Source: a virus (Duplodnaviria; Caudoviricetes). Taken from it: 25,213 bases of DNA. This document shows positions 15,885-25,213 of this stretch, piece by piece. Both the position numbers and the translations under genes were made by a program. Location of the stretch: IMG/VR virus record IMGVR_UViG_3300012682_000166, positions 1 through 25,213 of that record; one strand, written 5' to 3'. The notes beneath the pieces are model-generated. The model worked only from the letters and a program-made list of their open reading frames with translations, did no database searches and was not told the DNA's origin. Position 1 is the stretch's first letter. Each line of letters begins with the position of its first letter.

Positions 15885-18404
15885 GTGAATTTCTTAGAAA
15901 ACCTTGCCCGTAAAGCCAGAGAACGTGCCAGTCAGGTATACGATCAAGCCAATATGCTCGACGGTGGCCGAACGTACCAGCAACGTACAGCAACCCGCCC
16001 ACAGGCAAGTGCCGTACAGCAGATACAGAGAAGCGGTGTCAGTAATGCCGTTGGCGGTGTCGTTAAGCCGTTAGTCCGAAGCAGCATGGCATTGAACCAA
16101 GGTATCGGTAACGCTCAAGTCGGTGTCTATAACATGTTCGCCAAGAACAATAAGCCGATGCTAACCGGCCAGCAGTTCGCCGATGACAGTATCGGACGTA
16201 ACGCTAACCGAGCTATTGATTATACCGGTACAAAACGTCAGATAACCGGTGACGTTATATCCAATGTCGCTAATGTCGGCTTCCCTGGAAGTAGTAAGTT
16301 AGTAACGAACGCTGCCAAGACTTTAGTACCACAAAAAGCTCCTCAAATTATACAGAACTTCGCCCCTAAGATTGCCGGTGGTGCCAGTGTCGGAGCCGTC
16401 TCAGGTGGTGTCGGTAACGTCGGAACGTACGTCGGCTCAAATGAACCATTGTCACTCAAAGGTGTTGCCAATGAAGCTAAGACCGGTGCTATGTACGGTG
16501 CTGCCTTTGGTGGAGCTTTACCAGTGGCTATTCCAGCTGCCCAACTAGCAGCTAAAGGCACTGTTAAAAGTGCTAAGTTCGCCGACAAACAAGTACGGAC
16601 AGCTAACGACAATCAGGCAGCGGTCGCTAACTATGACATGAGTATCAAGCGTATAGAAAAACAGATAGCCGCTAAACAAAAGGGTATTGATAACACGACT
16701 AACTTCCGTGGTGTTGAAACCAACCGTCGTCACATCGATATGCTGGAAGCTGAGAAAGCTAACATGATAGCTAATAGGCCGAAGCTAAGTCTCAAGGACA
16801 AGGTACTAGCTCCGAATATCGGTCTGACAGTCGGTGGTCCGAACGCCCTGCAATACATGTATGCCAAGAAACAAGGCCGGGTCTTTGACGGAGTAGACGG
16901 CAAGCCACGGTTTGAGATAGATGATAGTGGGGCAAAGTTCAAGTCTCATGATCTTACTAATGGAAGTTTTGCTGGTGATATACTTGACCATCCAGAATTG
17001 TACAAAAACTATCCTGGCATGAAAGATGTGCCAATAGAAATTGACCGCAACTTAAAAGGTAACGCAGCACTTGATGATAGAACAGGAACATTAAAAATTA
17101 ATCCACGACTTACTGAACAAATACAGAGCGCAAAAGCTGATCTGTCTAAAATAAAACGCAGCGATGTTGAAGTGCATTTGCGTTCTATTGGTTATACGCA
17201 GAAACAGATAAAAGCAGAAACAGGAAATTTGAGTCTTGAAGACCTTATCAAGAATTCACTTACTCAAGAAGAAATTAATAAATTAGCAAGATTAGAGAAT
17301 CCGCAGCACCAGTTAAGACTTAAAGAGGATGCTAAAGGTACGCTATTACATGAGTTACAACATGAGATACAGTCTCGGGAACGGTTTACCGCTGGTGGTT
17401 CACCTAAAGATTCAAGTGGCAAAGCTATCGAACAGTACCGCAACCTAGCCGGAGAAGCCGAAGCCCGTGCCGTCCAAGCCCGTATGAACATGACTGATGG
17501 GGAGCGGTATGTGACGCCTAATGGAGATTCTTATTATCACGGCACAAACCAGAAGTATGACGATTTTGATTTAAGTAAGGCTAATGCAGGTGGTCTATAT
17601 GGTAAGAGCGCATATCTTACCAAAGACCTTAATCGAGCGAAATCCTATGGAGATAATGTTAATAATCTTAAAGTTCCAAAGGATGCTAAATTGCTTACTC
17701 CGAAAGAGTTTGAAAAGCGAGTCAGCGCTCTAACCTCAACTGTTCCATATGGTGACCCTACTCTTGCTAGAACTAAGGCGATAGACCAGCTCATAAAAGA
17801 AGGCTGGGATGGTGTTCGTGAAGTTAATAAGCAAAACGGCGATACTGTAGCAATATTTAATCCTAAGAAGCTACTCAACGATAAACCCCAATCCACCTTC
17901 AACGACACCCTCTTTGCAGACGTACCCAAAAAAGACCTCATCATTAAAGGTAATACCCCTACCCTGTCCGGCGCTGAAACAGCATCTATCAAGCGTGAGA
18001 TTGCTGAACTAGACCGGAAGATAGGTGCTTTCGGGGATGAGGGTGTATCAGGTAAAGAGGTTGGTGACTTCTGGCGTAAAGAACTTGGTGTTCGACCAGG
18101 TGACGATGACATGGTGAAGCTGGCTGAAAAAGCTGGCCCGTACCAACTACGAGATGTAAGCATTAAAGACTTAATACAAAGCGACCCATATTTAGCTAAA
18201 GAAGTACAAAATGGCAAGAGTATGACGAACGTGCTTACCAGTGACGCTTCTGGTAAGCCAGCGATTATTGATGAAAACGGTGTTTTAGATGGCTATCACC
18301 GTATAGCAGCAGAGTATAGAAATAACCCCAATGGCACAGTAAAAGCTTATATCAGTGATAAGAACACTCTTCCACCCCCAACCCTGCCAAACAAGCCCTC
18401 ATAG
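15885..18404 (+). CDS. Polyvalent virion protein: Gly-rich hydrophobic segment, LPD23-like, zincin HExxH, ART-like and ParB-like domains
   Basis: G.DGKPRFEIDDS..ILDHPELYKNYP; LLHELQHEIQ..GGSP..YRNLAGEAEARAVQ.R; YYHGT...FD...G.YG...YLT...AKSYG..GWDGV..IFNP; PAII....LDGYHR.AA. Confidence 0.8.
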   Translation: MNFLENLARKARERASQVYDQANMLDGGRTYQQRTATRPQASAVQQIQRSGVSNAVGGVVKPLVRSSMALNQGIGNAQVGVYNMFAKNNKPMLTGQQFADDSIGRNANRAIDYTGTKRQITGDVISNVANVGFPGSSKLVTNAAKTLVPQKAPQIIQNFAPKIAGGASVGAVSGGVGNVGTYVGSNEPLSLKGVANEAKTGAMYGAAFGGALPVAIPAAQLAAKGTVKSAKFADKQVRTANDNQAAVANYDMSIKRIEKQIAAKQKGIDNTTNFRGVETNRRHIDMLEAEKANMIANRPKLSLKDKVLAPNIGLTVGGPNALQYMYAKKQGRVFDGVDGKPRFEIDDSGAKFKSHDLTNGSFAGDILDHPELYKNYPGMKDVPIEIDRNLKGNAALDDRTGTLKINPRLTEQIQSAKADLSKIKRSDVEVHLRSIGYTQKQIKAETGNLSLEDLIKNSLTQEEINKLARLENPQHQLRLKEDAKGTLLHELQHEIQSRERFTAGGSPKDSSGKAIEQYRNLAGEAEARAVQARMNMTDGERYVTPNGDSYYHGTNQKYDDFDLSKANAGGLYGKSAYLTKDLNRAKSYGDNVNNLKVPKDAKLLTPKEFEKRVSALTSTVPYGDPTLARTKAIDQLIKEGWDGVREVNKQNGDTVAIFNPKKLLNDKPQSTFNDTLFADVPKKDLIIKGNTPTLSGAETASIKREIAELDRKIGAFGDEGVSGKEVGDFWRKELGVRPGDDDMVKLAEKAGPYQLRDVSIKDLIQSDPYLAKEVQNGKSMTNVLTSDASGKPAIIDENGVLDGYHRIAAEYRNNPNGTVKAYISDKNTLPPPTLPNKPS

Positions 18405-18448
18405 ACCGCCGTACACGCAGACAGGCAGAACTAGACGGCGGTAATGGT

Positions 18449-21400
18449 GTGGCTATGAGTATTGATAAGCGTACACCTAAGCCCACATCAGAAACACCAT
18501 TATATAAATCAAATAGACTACACCAGGAAAAGCTAACCAAGAATAATCTCACACAAAACGAGTATGCCGGATTACATCAAGACGTAACTGATTTAGAGAA
18601 CCTAGTATCACAACGTAAAACTGCGGCATTCCAAGCCTTAGACAATGCACCTAAGACCTCAGACGGGAAACTTACACCAGCTGGTCAGGTTCAAGTTAAA
18701 AGTGCAGCAGACATCTGGACTAAAGCTGCAAACGACCATTTAACAGCACTTAATAAAGTTCGCGTAATAGATGGTGAGATACCAATCGTTCTGTATAAGC
18801 CTGTCAACACTCCGCCAAAAATAGTACAAAACAAACCTGTACCATCCCCACCGAAGCCAGCCGTTACAGCCGCCCCCAAACCCCTCAAGCCTATCAACGT
18901 ACCAGAGAAGAGTGTACCGGTTAAGAAACAGTTGCCAACAGTTAAACAGCCGAATGAATCAAAACTGAATACCAACCGACTCAATACATCTGATACCAAC
19001 AAAGCACAACTCGACAAAGACACGACAGAGATTATCGGAAAGCTGAGTAACAAAGATGTTGAAACAGCTGCTAAGGGTGCTGGTATTGATACCAAGACAC
19101 ATACCATTGACCAGACAAAGAAGATTATTGCTCAACAACTCAACGTCCGTAAGGACGCTGTACGACTGTCTAACGAAGCCGAGACAGCTCGTAAAGCTGG
19201 TGACACGACGAAGACAGCTGAACTGATTAAACAGGCAGCAGAACAGGGCAGGGTATCACGTAGTCAAGGCACTGACATAGCTCGGCAGTTACAAGCTCGG
19301 AAGATTATCGCTAATGAACTCGATACGCCGCAGCACCGTATCTTTAGGTTACTAGACGAAGCCGGTATTAACCCGGATGTATACAGTAAACGACTCGCCG
19401 AAGTAGACTTTGCAAACAGCAAGCAAGTCGTCAAAGCCTACCGGGAACTCGTACCAGCTAAAGCGGTTGATTGGCTCGACACACTACGGTACAACTCTAT
19501 GCTATCCAGCCCACTTACTCAGGCGGTTAACATCTTTGGTAATGCCCAGAACATCGCTATCGTCGCTCCTATAGAAAAGACTCTACGTGGCACGATAGAC
19601 GCCGTTGGTGGACTATTCGGTAAAGAACGCCAGTATGCAGCTAGTGAGGGTACTGCCTACGCTGGTGGTGCCGCTAGGAACATCGTCAAAGCCTCTAATG
19701 AATTTGTTGATGCCCTCAGAGGCACTGGTAAATACTCCAACCCGGACTTTGAAGCCTTCAATATACCGCTTGCCCAAGGTGGTGTTAAGGGTGCAACATA
19801 TAATACGTTATCGGCTCCGATGCGTGTGCTTGACGGCATGGATAAATTCTTCCGGGCTTTAGCTGACGGTGGTGAAGAGGCGGCACTGACTGCAAGGTCA
19901 AAGGCTGGTATTAAAATCAAAGGCAACCGTGAAGCTATCATAGAAGCGGAAAAAGATTACAGGGTATTCCAAACCGAACTGGGAACGCCTGGACAGGGTA
20001 CTATTAACGACGCTTTCGATGAGTTTGCCAAGCTTGTTATGAAGGCTCGGGGTTCCAAGAATCCACTGATATCTCTACCTGCTAAGTTCACCGTACCGTT
20101 TGTAAAGACGGTTAACAACATTAACAAACAGGGCGTCGTTGATTACTCGCCAATCGGTTTTCTTAACCTCAAAGGTAATGCTGATAAGACGACGGCTATT
20201 ACCCGGGCGATTATGGGTAGTGCCGTATTCGGATCGAGTGCAGCGTTGATAGCTCAAGGTCAGATGACATGGGCTGAACCTCGCAATGCTGACGAACGTG
20301 CTCGTTTCAGAGCTGAAGGCAGGCAGCCGTATGCCGTAAAGTTTGGTGACAAATGGGTGAACTTCTCCAAGATGACACCAAGTATCGCTTTCCCTATGGC
20401 TATGACAGCAGCATTACATGATGCCCTTGAGAACGGTAAGACAGACCAGAGTACCGTTGATAAGGTCATTGAATCAGTTGCTAAAGTTGGTAACTTTTAT
20501 TCAGACCAGTCCTATGCTAAGGGAATCGGTGACACTCTGGCAGCTATTGGCGGAGACACGGAAGCAATTGCACAGGCAGGCTCGAATAACATCCAGCAGG
20601 TCGTACCGTTTCGAGCTCTGAGTGGTTGGATAGCCCGTATCACTGACGACACTGAACGAAAGGTTGATACGACTGCCGGATACTTTGACCAGCAGGTACA
20701 GGCCTTGATGCAACAGTACCCAGGACTACGTCAGAAAACCAATACTCGTGACTATAAAGGCCTGCCGATTGCAGCTAACAATCAAGTATTCAACGGCATT
20801 TCACCTGTCCGAATTACCAAAGACAGAGGCGTTAATCCTGTTGATAAAGCACTGGATGATTCTAAGAAGTATGAAGAAGAGACGGCTACAGCTGGACTTA
20901 GTAAGTCAGACCAAGCAGAACTCAAGAAGCTAAAACAAGCTCAAGTAAGTGCCGGACAAAAGAATCTTATAGCCACTGAAGACTTCGCCGCTATGACACC
21001 AGAACAGCGAACTAAGGCACTGAACAAAGTCAGTAACAGCGTCGGCCGTGACGTCACTACTGAGTATAAGAACTCAAAAGGTATTACAACGACCAAGAGT
21101 TCCGGCTCTAAATCAGAAGTAAACGACAAGACCTCCGACTACACCAAAAAAGTCCTAAACGAATACAACACCCTCGATGCTGAAACCAAGAAGTCCAAAG
21201 CCTACAAAGAAAACAGCTATGACTTCAAGGTAGCTCAGGCCAAGTACGACAATGACAAAGTGTCCGGCAAGCTCAGTACCGTACAGGATATCAACCGTAA
21301 ACAGGCCGTCGAGAAGGCCAAAGTTGGCAAGGACTATAGCAAGGACATCCGGGAAGCCTACAGCGGCCTGACAAGCTCCGAAGTCTACGCCTACGCCAGC

Positions 21401-21724
21401 ACCGATCCAGACGGCAACCGTATCGTCGAGAAGCTACTAGAATACGGCGATAAGCTAGCCGAAGCCACTGGTGAAAAGAACAAGTTTAGAAACAAGAACG
21501 GCAGTGTCAATATTGCCGCCAAGTCATCCGGTGGCAGTGGTAGTAGAGGCGGCAAAGCTAAGAAACAACTCCCCTACAAGAACGCCACCAACGTTTCCAG
21601 TCGGATAGCCTTAAGCAGAAAGCTAAAAACTGCTACAATAAGGGCTAAGTCGATTGGCGGTCGTAAAAGACAACTAGCCGTTAAAACCTACAAAGCCCCT
21701 AAGTTATATAGGAAAGTAGCTTAA
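18449..21724 (+). CDS. Large internal virion/ejection protein (possibly the C-terminal part of a frameshifted fusion with the upstream ORF)
   Basis: P/K-rich linker, W...RYNSMLSSP.T...N..GN, and G.QPYAVK.GD.WV.F (LPD38-like region by recall), with a highly basic C-terminus. The frame is open from 18362. Confidence 0.7.
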   Translation: MAMSIDKRTPKPTSETPLYKSNRLHQEKLTKNNLTQNEYAGLHQDVTDLENLVSQRKTAAFQALDNAPKTSDGKLTPAGQVQVKSAADIWTKAANDHLTALNKVRVIDGEIPIVLYKPVNTPPKIVQNKPVPSPPKPAVTAAPKPLKPINVPEKSVPVKKQLPTVKQPNESKLNTNRLNTSDTNKAQLDKDTTEIIGKLSNKDVETAAKGAGIDTKTHTIDQTKKIIAQQLNVRKDAVRLSNEAETARKAGDTTKTAELIKQAAEQGRVSRSQGTDIARQLQARKIIANELDTPQHRIFRLLDEAGINPDVYSKRLAEVDFANSKQVVKAYRELVPAKAVDWLDTLRYNSMLSSPLTQAVNIFGNAQNIAIVAPIEKTLRGTIDAVGGLFGKERQYAASEGTAYAGGAARNIVKASNEFVDALRGTGKYSNPDFEAFNIPLAQGGVKGATYNTLSAPMRVLDGMDKFFRALADGGEEAALTARSKAGIKIKGNREAIIEAEKDYRVFQTELGTPGQGTINDAFDEFAKLVMKARGSKNPLISLPAKFTVPFVKTVNNINKQGVVDYSPIGFLNLKGNADKTTAITRAIMGSAVFGSSAALIAQGQMTWAEPRNADERARFRAEGRQPYAVKFGDKWVNFSKMTPSIAFPMAMTAALHDALENGKTDQSTVDKVIESVAKVGNFYSDQSYAKGIGDTLAAIGGDTEAIAQAGSNNIQQVVPFRALSGWIARITDDTERKVDTTAGYFDQQVQALMQQYPGLRQKTNTRDYKGLPIAANNQVFNGISPVRITKDRGVNPVDKALDDSKKYEEETATAGLSKSDQAELKKLKQAQVSAGQKNLIATEDFAAMTPEQRTKALNKVSNSVGRDVTTEYKNSKGITTTKSSGSKSEVNDKTSDYTKKVLNEYNTLDAETKKSKAYKENSYDFKVAQAKYDNDKVSGKLSTVQDINRKQAVEKAKVGKDYSKDIREAYSGLTSSEVYAYASTDPDGNRIVEKLLEYGDKLAEATGEKNKFRNKNGSVNIAAKSSGGSGSRGGKAKKQLPYKNATNVSSRIALSRKLKTATIRAKSIGGRKRQLAVKTYKAPKLYRKVA

Positions 21725-21725
21725 T

Positions 21726-22412
21726 ATGAGTACCACTCCACGAAACGCCGATTATGTGATTACTAAGGCCTACTTAAGTTTCAAAGGTAAAGCTATACCA
21801 CCAGCCAGCAGCACGACCAAGTACGCCCAGTTACTCGGTACGCTCGATACCGTACAACAGGAATGGTCAACCGAACCGGACGTCGAATGGGATAGCTTAT
21901 ATGCTGATGTCAATATAGGCGTTATTACTGCCACTGACACATACGACCTCGACGACACCATAGACTACATCAGCAAACGTGACGGTGATTACATCACGCT
22001 TGATAAGACAGTCAACGGCGAAGTAAATAAGGTAAACGTACTACTAGTCAGCCCTGCTCAGCTACACGGCTACAGAGAACAACTAGCCTGTGCTCAAGTC
22101 GGACGGACACTAAAGTTCAGCAAACCGTTCAAATCTACTGATGCCTACTTAGGTTACAGCATCGTCATACCAAGCCGTCTAGTTGTAGAGGACATCACCA
22201 AAGGAACTGACATCGTGCAGTGTGACAACCCGCTGTTCCTAGCCGACATGTTAGCGGCTGAAGTAGCAAGGAACGACGTTACTAAGTCCGGCCAGTATGA
22301 CAACCTACTAGCTAAAGCCGGAGAGAAAATGACGAAAATGAAACAGCAAAATGGTGGCCAGAGTGAACAGATACCGAGATACTCCTTAAGCGGTGTCGGA
22401 GATACCTACTAG
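21726..22412 (+). CDS. Putative head-tail adaptor / tail tubular protein A-like
   Basis: 228 aa with helical N- and C-termini around a beta core, immediately upstream of a nozzle-like gene. Confidence 0.55.
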   Translation: MSTTPRNADYVITKAYLSFKGKAIPPASSTTKYAQLLGTLDTVQQEWSTEPDVEWDSLYADVNIGVITATDTYDLDDTIDYISKRDGDYITLDKTVNGEVNKVNVLLVSPAQLHGYREQLACAQVGRTLKFSKPFKSTDAYLGYSIVIPSRLVVEDITKGTDIVQCDNPLFLADMLAAEVARNDVTKSGQYDNLLAKAGEKMTKMKQQNGGQSEQIPRYSLSGVGDTY

Positions 22413-22413
22413 T

Positions 22414-24450
22414 ATGATCGGACAAACTGCTCGAAGGCAACGGGCGTCACCACAGCCAAAGATAGGCTACACCAAGGTAGACAAATGGCCGAAAGGTTTA
22501 TTTAGCCGGTTTGACGCTGATAGAGTACCTCTCGACGGTCTATTAGTTGGCGAGAACGTCATCCTCGAACAGGACGGTACGATTAGTCCACGCCCAGGCC
22601 TGAAGCTGTACGGTATTCAGCCGAGTGGTATAGTCCTTGGACAGATATACGAGTTCGTTTATATGAACGGTACATTGCCGGAAACATGGCTCGTCTGTAT
22701 GCAGAATATTGGCAGTATCGGCTACGTGACTGTGAATAAGAACGGTGGAGCTTGGCAGACATTAACTGGTAAGACGTATAGTGCCACAGCCAAAGCCCAC
22801 TTTGAGCAGGTATTCGGTAAGATACTGGTCAGTAACGGCGCCGATAATTTAAGCTTCGTCGATATCCAGCCACTAACAATTACACCGTTCACGGCTCTAG
22901 CTCAACCGACTGCTGCCCCAACAGTTACCGTACCAACGGTTGCCGGTTTCAATGGTGCTAATATTACCTATAGGTATCGTTACACCTATTCCAACCAAGG
23001 TGAAACGGCAGGCAGTCCGGCAGCTACGAACGGCACTACTAATAAGCTCCGTGAACAGTGGAATGGTACGACTGAGTTTATGACTGTTGAAGGTACCGGC
23101 GTACCAGTTGGCACACAGCGGGTAAACATCTATGTCGGCACTGAGGCAGGTAACGAGTTTTACCTCGACACTGTTGCTATTACCGGCGGAGCTACGACTT
23201 TCAAATACACTGATACCGGTACGATAGCTGAGAACCCTAACCGGATAGTACCAGTCGGCGATAGTACCAGTGGTCCGAAAGTGACACGGATAACCAACGT
23301 CAAAGGTCAAGTCTACATGGTCGGCGACACTGAGAATCCGAGCCGTATCTGGTTCGGTGGAGCTGGTACCTATAGCCTTGATTTCTCTAGCTATAACGGT
23401 GGTGGCTGGGTAGAACCGAACAAGGGCGGCAAAGACTTCCCTGTAGTTGTGAAGCCATTCCGTGACGGTAAAGGTACGCCGATGGCCGTTTGTTTCTCTA
23501 AGGGTACTAACGGAGCCGGTAAACGCTACCTGCTATCTCCTCTGACTACCACGCTTGGTACGACAACTATCTCCTACATGTCAGTACAGGAAGATAACGG
23601 ACAGGACGGTACTGACTCCCCTGACGGTGTGGTGATGACCAATGACGGTGCTTGGTATCCAAGTCGGGAAAGCTTTAAGACCAGTAATACCAAAGCCAAT
23701 ATTCAGAACATCGTCAGTACATCCGGCATCACCGATAACATAGGTGATGTCGTCAATGCCTTGTCTTCTAAGTCGATGGACTCCTGTGTCGGACTTGTCA
23801 ATGACCAGCGTATCTACTGGGCGGTACCATTTCAGTCCAGTACCAATAACCAGATATGGATACTTGACCTGAGACAAAACGGTGCCTGGATGCGGCCGTG
23901 GTACATAAATGCCGACTGGATGTTGCTCTACGCTGATAACGCTGATGGTACGACCAAGACACTGATACTCCGTAACAATAAGATATACCAGTTAGATAGC
24001 ACCTCGGCTACCAATGACGACGGCGTAGCCTTTGCAACCAACATCAACTCCGGTCATATTAGAGTCGGTGAGAACGGCCAAAGTGCTAATGTCCGGTACG
24101 TCAAGTTTATATTTCTGAGACCCCAAGGTGAGATCAACATTAGTGTGACAGCCAATACTGAAGACGGCTCACAGACCTTTAGTGAAAGCCTGAATGATAC
24201 GACCCTGCAATCAGTCGGGGCGCTCGGAGCTTACGGCCTCGGCATGATCGGACTCGGCAACCTCTGGCCGGTTGCTGGTGGCTTAACGGTTGCCTCAGCC
24301 CGATCAAGAGTCAGTAAGACCATCGAGATAGATGAGGAATGTGATTACTACAGCTGGTCAGTTGGTTCGACGGCTTCCGGTGTATCGTACCAGTTAGCTG
24401 AAGTACTGGACTCAAAAGTAGCTGTAGGTTATTCCGAGGGAGACAACTAA
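22414..24450 (+). CDS. Putative tail nozzle / packaged-DNA stabilisation protein (beta-propeller, P22 gp10 / T7 gp12-like role)
   Basis: N-terminal GL.....ENV.....G.I.PRPG, SRIWF, RIYWAVP..NNQIWILD....W and a beta-rich body. ATG at 22414 is preferred over the overlapping GTG at 22393. Confidence 0.7.
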   Translation: MIGQTARRQRASPQPKIGYTKVDKWPKGLFSRFDADRVPLDGLLVGENVILEQDGTISPRPGLKLYGIQPSGIVLGQIYEFVYMNGTLPETWLVCMQNIGSIGYVTVNKNGGAWQTLTGKTYSATAKAHFEQVFGKILVSNGADNLSFVDIQPLTITPFTALAQPTAAPTVTVPTVAGFNGANITYRYRYTYSNQGETAGSPAATNGTTNKLREQWNGTTEFMTVEGTGVPVGTQRVNIYVGTEAGNEFYLDTVAITGGATTFKYTDTGTIAENPNRIVPVGDSTSGPKVTRITNVKGQVYMVGDTENPSRIWFGGAGTYSLDFSSYNGGGWVEPNKGGKDFPVVVKPFRDGKGTPMAVCFSKGTNGAGKRYLLSPLTTTLGTTTISYMSVQEDNGQDGTDSPDGVVMTNDGAWYPSRESFKTSNTKANIQNIVSTSGITDNIGDVVNALSSKSMDSCVGLVNDQRIYWAVPFQSSTNNQIWILDLRQNGAWMRPWYINADWMLLYADNADGTTKTLILRNNKIYQLDSTSATNDDGVAFATNINSGHIRVGENGQSANVRYVKFIFLRPQGEINISVTANTEDGSQTFSESLNDTTLQSVGALGAYGLGMIGLGNLWPVAGGLTVASARSRVSKTIEIDEECDYYSWSVGSTASGVSYQLAEVLDSKVAVGYSEGDN

Positions 24451-24462
24451 CTATAAGCACTG

Positions 24463-24471
24463 TGCTAGAAT
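24463..24471 (+). promoter_or_regulatory. Extended -10 promoter (TGcTAGAAT)
   Basis: TGn-TAGAAT upstream of a GAGGA SD and TTG start. Confidence 0.45.
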
Positions 24472-24492
24472 AAAGGAAAAGAGGATAAAAAT

Positions 24493-25213
24493 TTGGCTAT
24501 TTCTGACAAGTTAACAAGAGCAACAGACTCAAGTACCGGTAGACCGGTCATCGCTAAACTAGCCAGTGGCAAGGCTGTCGGTGCTGCTACGGCGTCGCTG
24601 ACTGTTGCTACCAACTGGACAACTGTCACTCCTATCTACGGAGCTATGTACCTGCTGACGGCTGCCGGAGTCAAAGACCCGACGACTCAAATAGACTGGA
24701 AAGCTGTACTCACAGGTACGACACTCAACAACTTCACGATTACCGGCGGTACGGATCGGGCATACACCACAGACGCCTACGTCGAGATTACAATTACTGC
24801 TGCTCAGTTAAAAGACCAGTACGACATGCTGACACTGCAACACGCCGTTGACGGTAAACATGCCAATACAATTACCACCGATACCGTCAACGAAAACACA
24901 ACAAACAACGGTGTCACAATCGACGGCCTGAGCATCAAGGACGGTAAGGTTGTAACTGGTGCTTCTTTGTCGCCGGTATTTACGGTAAATCCTTACAAGT
25001 TCAGTGTCTGGGGTAGCACTACGACGATTATTGCCGCTGGAATCGGTGGTTCTTATGGAGCGTTTACGAAGATATCATACCAGACCGAGCTATTTGATAC
25101 TGGTTCAAACTTTGATTCTACGACGAATTATAGATTTACAGCTCCAGTTGCCGGATTTTATCAGTTTCTAGGTCAAGTTGAACTGAATGTTGCTAACGGC
25201 GTCGTGGTTCAGG
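24493..25213 (+). CDS. Tail fibre/receptor-binding protein with C1q-like domain (partial, runs off the window)
   Basis: Hand-translated open frame MAISDKLTRATDSSTGRPV...NPYKFSV...KISYQTELFDTGSNFDSTTNYRFTAPVAGFYQF. It is absent from the ORF track, presumably because no stop falls in the window. Confidence 0.8.
   Translation, partial: MAISDKLTRATDSSTGRPVIAKLASGKAVGAATASLTVATNWTTVTPIYGAMYLLTAAGVKDPTTQIDWKAVLTGTTLNNFTITGGTDRAYTTDAYVEITITAAQLKDQYDMLTLQHAVDGKHANTITTDTVNENTTNNGVTIDGLSIKDGKVVTGASLSPVFTVNPYKFSVWGSTTTIIAAGIGGSYGAFTKISYQTELFDTGSNFDSTTNYRFTAPVAGFYQFLGQVELNVANGVVVQ

Noticed and set aside
22393-22413. GTG start for the nozzle gene
   Set aside because: It overlaps the upstream gene by 20 nt. 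The ATG at 22414, one nt after the upstream stop, is more plausible.
702-23877. Numerous 60-190-aa antisense or alternate-frame ORFs overlapping large genes (e.g. 6397-6795, 7151-7663, 10340-10813, 17645-18217)
   Set aside because: Shadow ORFs that overlap well-supported genes and show no recognisable motifs.
1-25213. Stop-codon reassignment (code 15, 4 or 25)
   Set aside because: TAG, TGA and TAA all end genes cleanly at gene junctions, and core genes are intact in code 11.
1-25213. Apparent excess of CCGG/ACCGGT and scarcity of GCGC
   Set aside because: An impression only. It cannot be supported without k-mer counts against a codon-aware null model.
1-25213. tRNA, rRNA, integrase, IS elements, lysis genes
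   Set aside because: No supporting motifs seen in this window.

Overview
Virion-morphogenesis region of a tailed dsDNA phage, probably podovirus-like, using the standard genetic code. Most genes are on the + strand, in this order: terminase small and large subunits, two small accessory genes, portal, scaffold, an N4-gp56-like major capsid protein, small head-associated proteins, an HNH endonuclease and a multi-LamG fibre. After these come putative ejection proteins (one is a polyvalent LPD23/zincin/ART/ParB-like protein), an adaptor, a nozzle/stabilisation protein and a partial C1q-like tail fibre. The operon is interrupted at about 12.0-14.7 kb by an accessory island. On the - strand the island carries an HNH-AP2 endonuclease, a hyaluronan-synthase/NodC-like GT2, and a 55-aa peptide that is little more than an LPXTG sorting signal. 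Divergent from these is a roughly 370-nt, helix-rich stretch with no long ORF. It contains a self-contained antisense unit of about 40 nt (promoter plus GNRA terminator) whose RNA is complementary to two remote loops of the long RNA. This RNA pair and the LPXTG/GT2 cassette are the best candidates for undescribed systems. All calls come from reading motifs by eye; no searches or folding programs were run.
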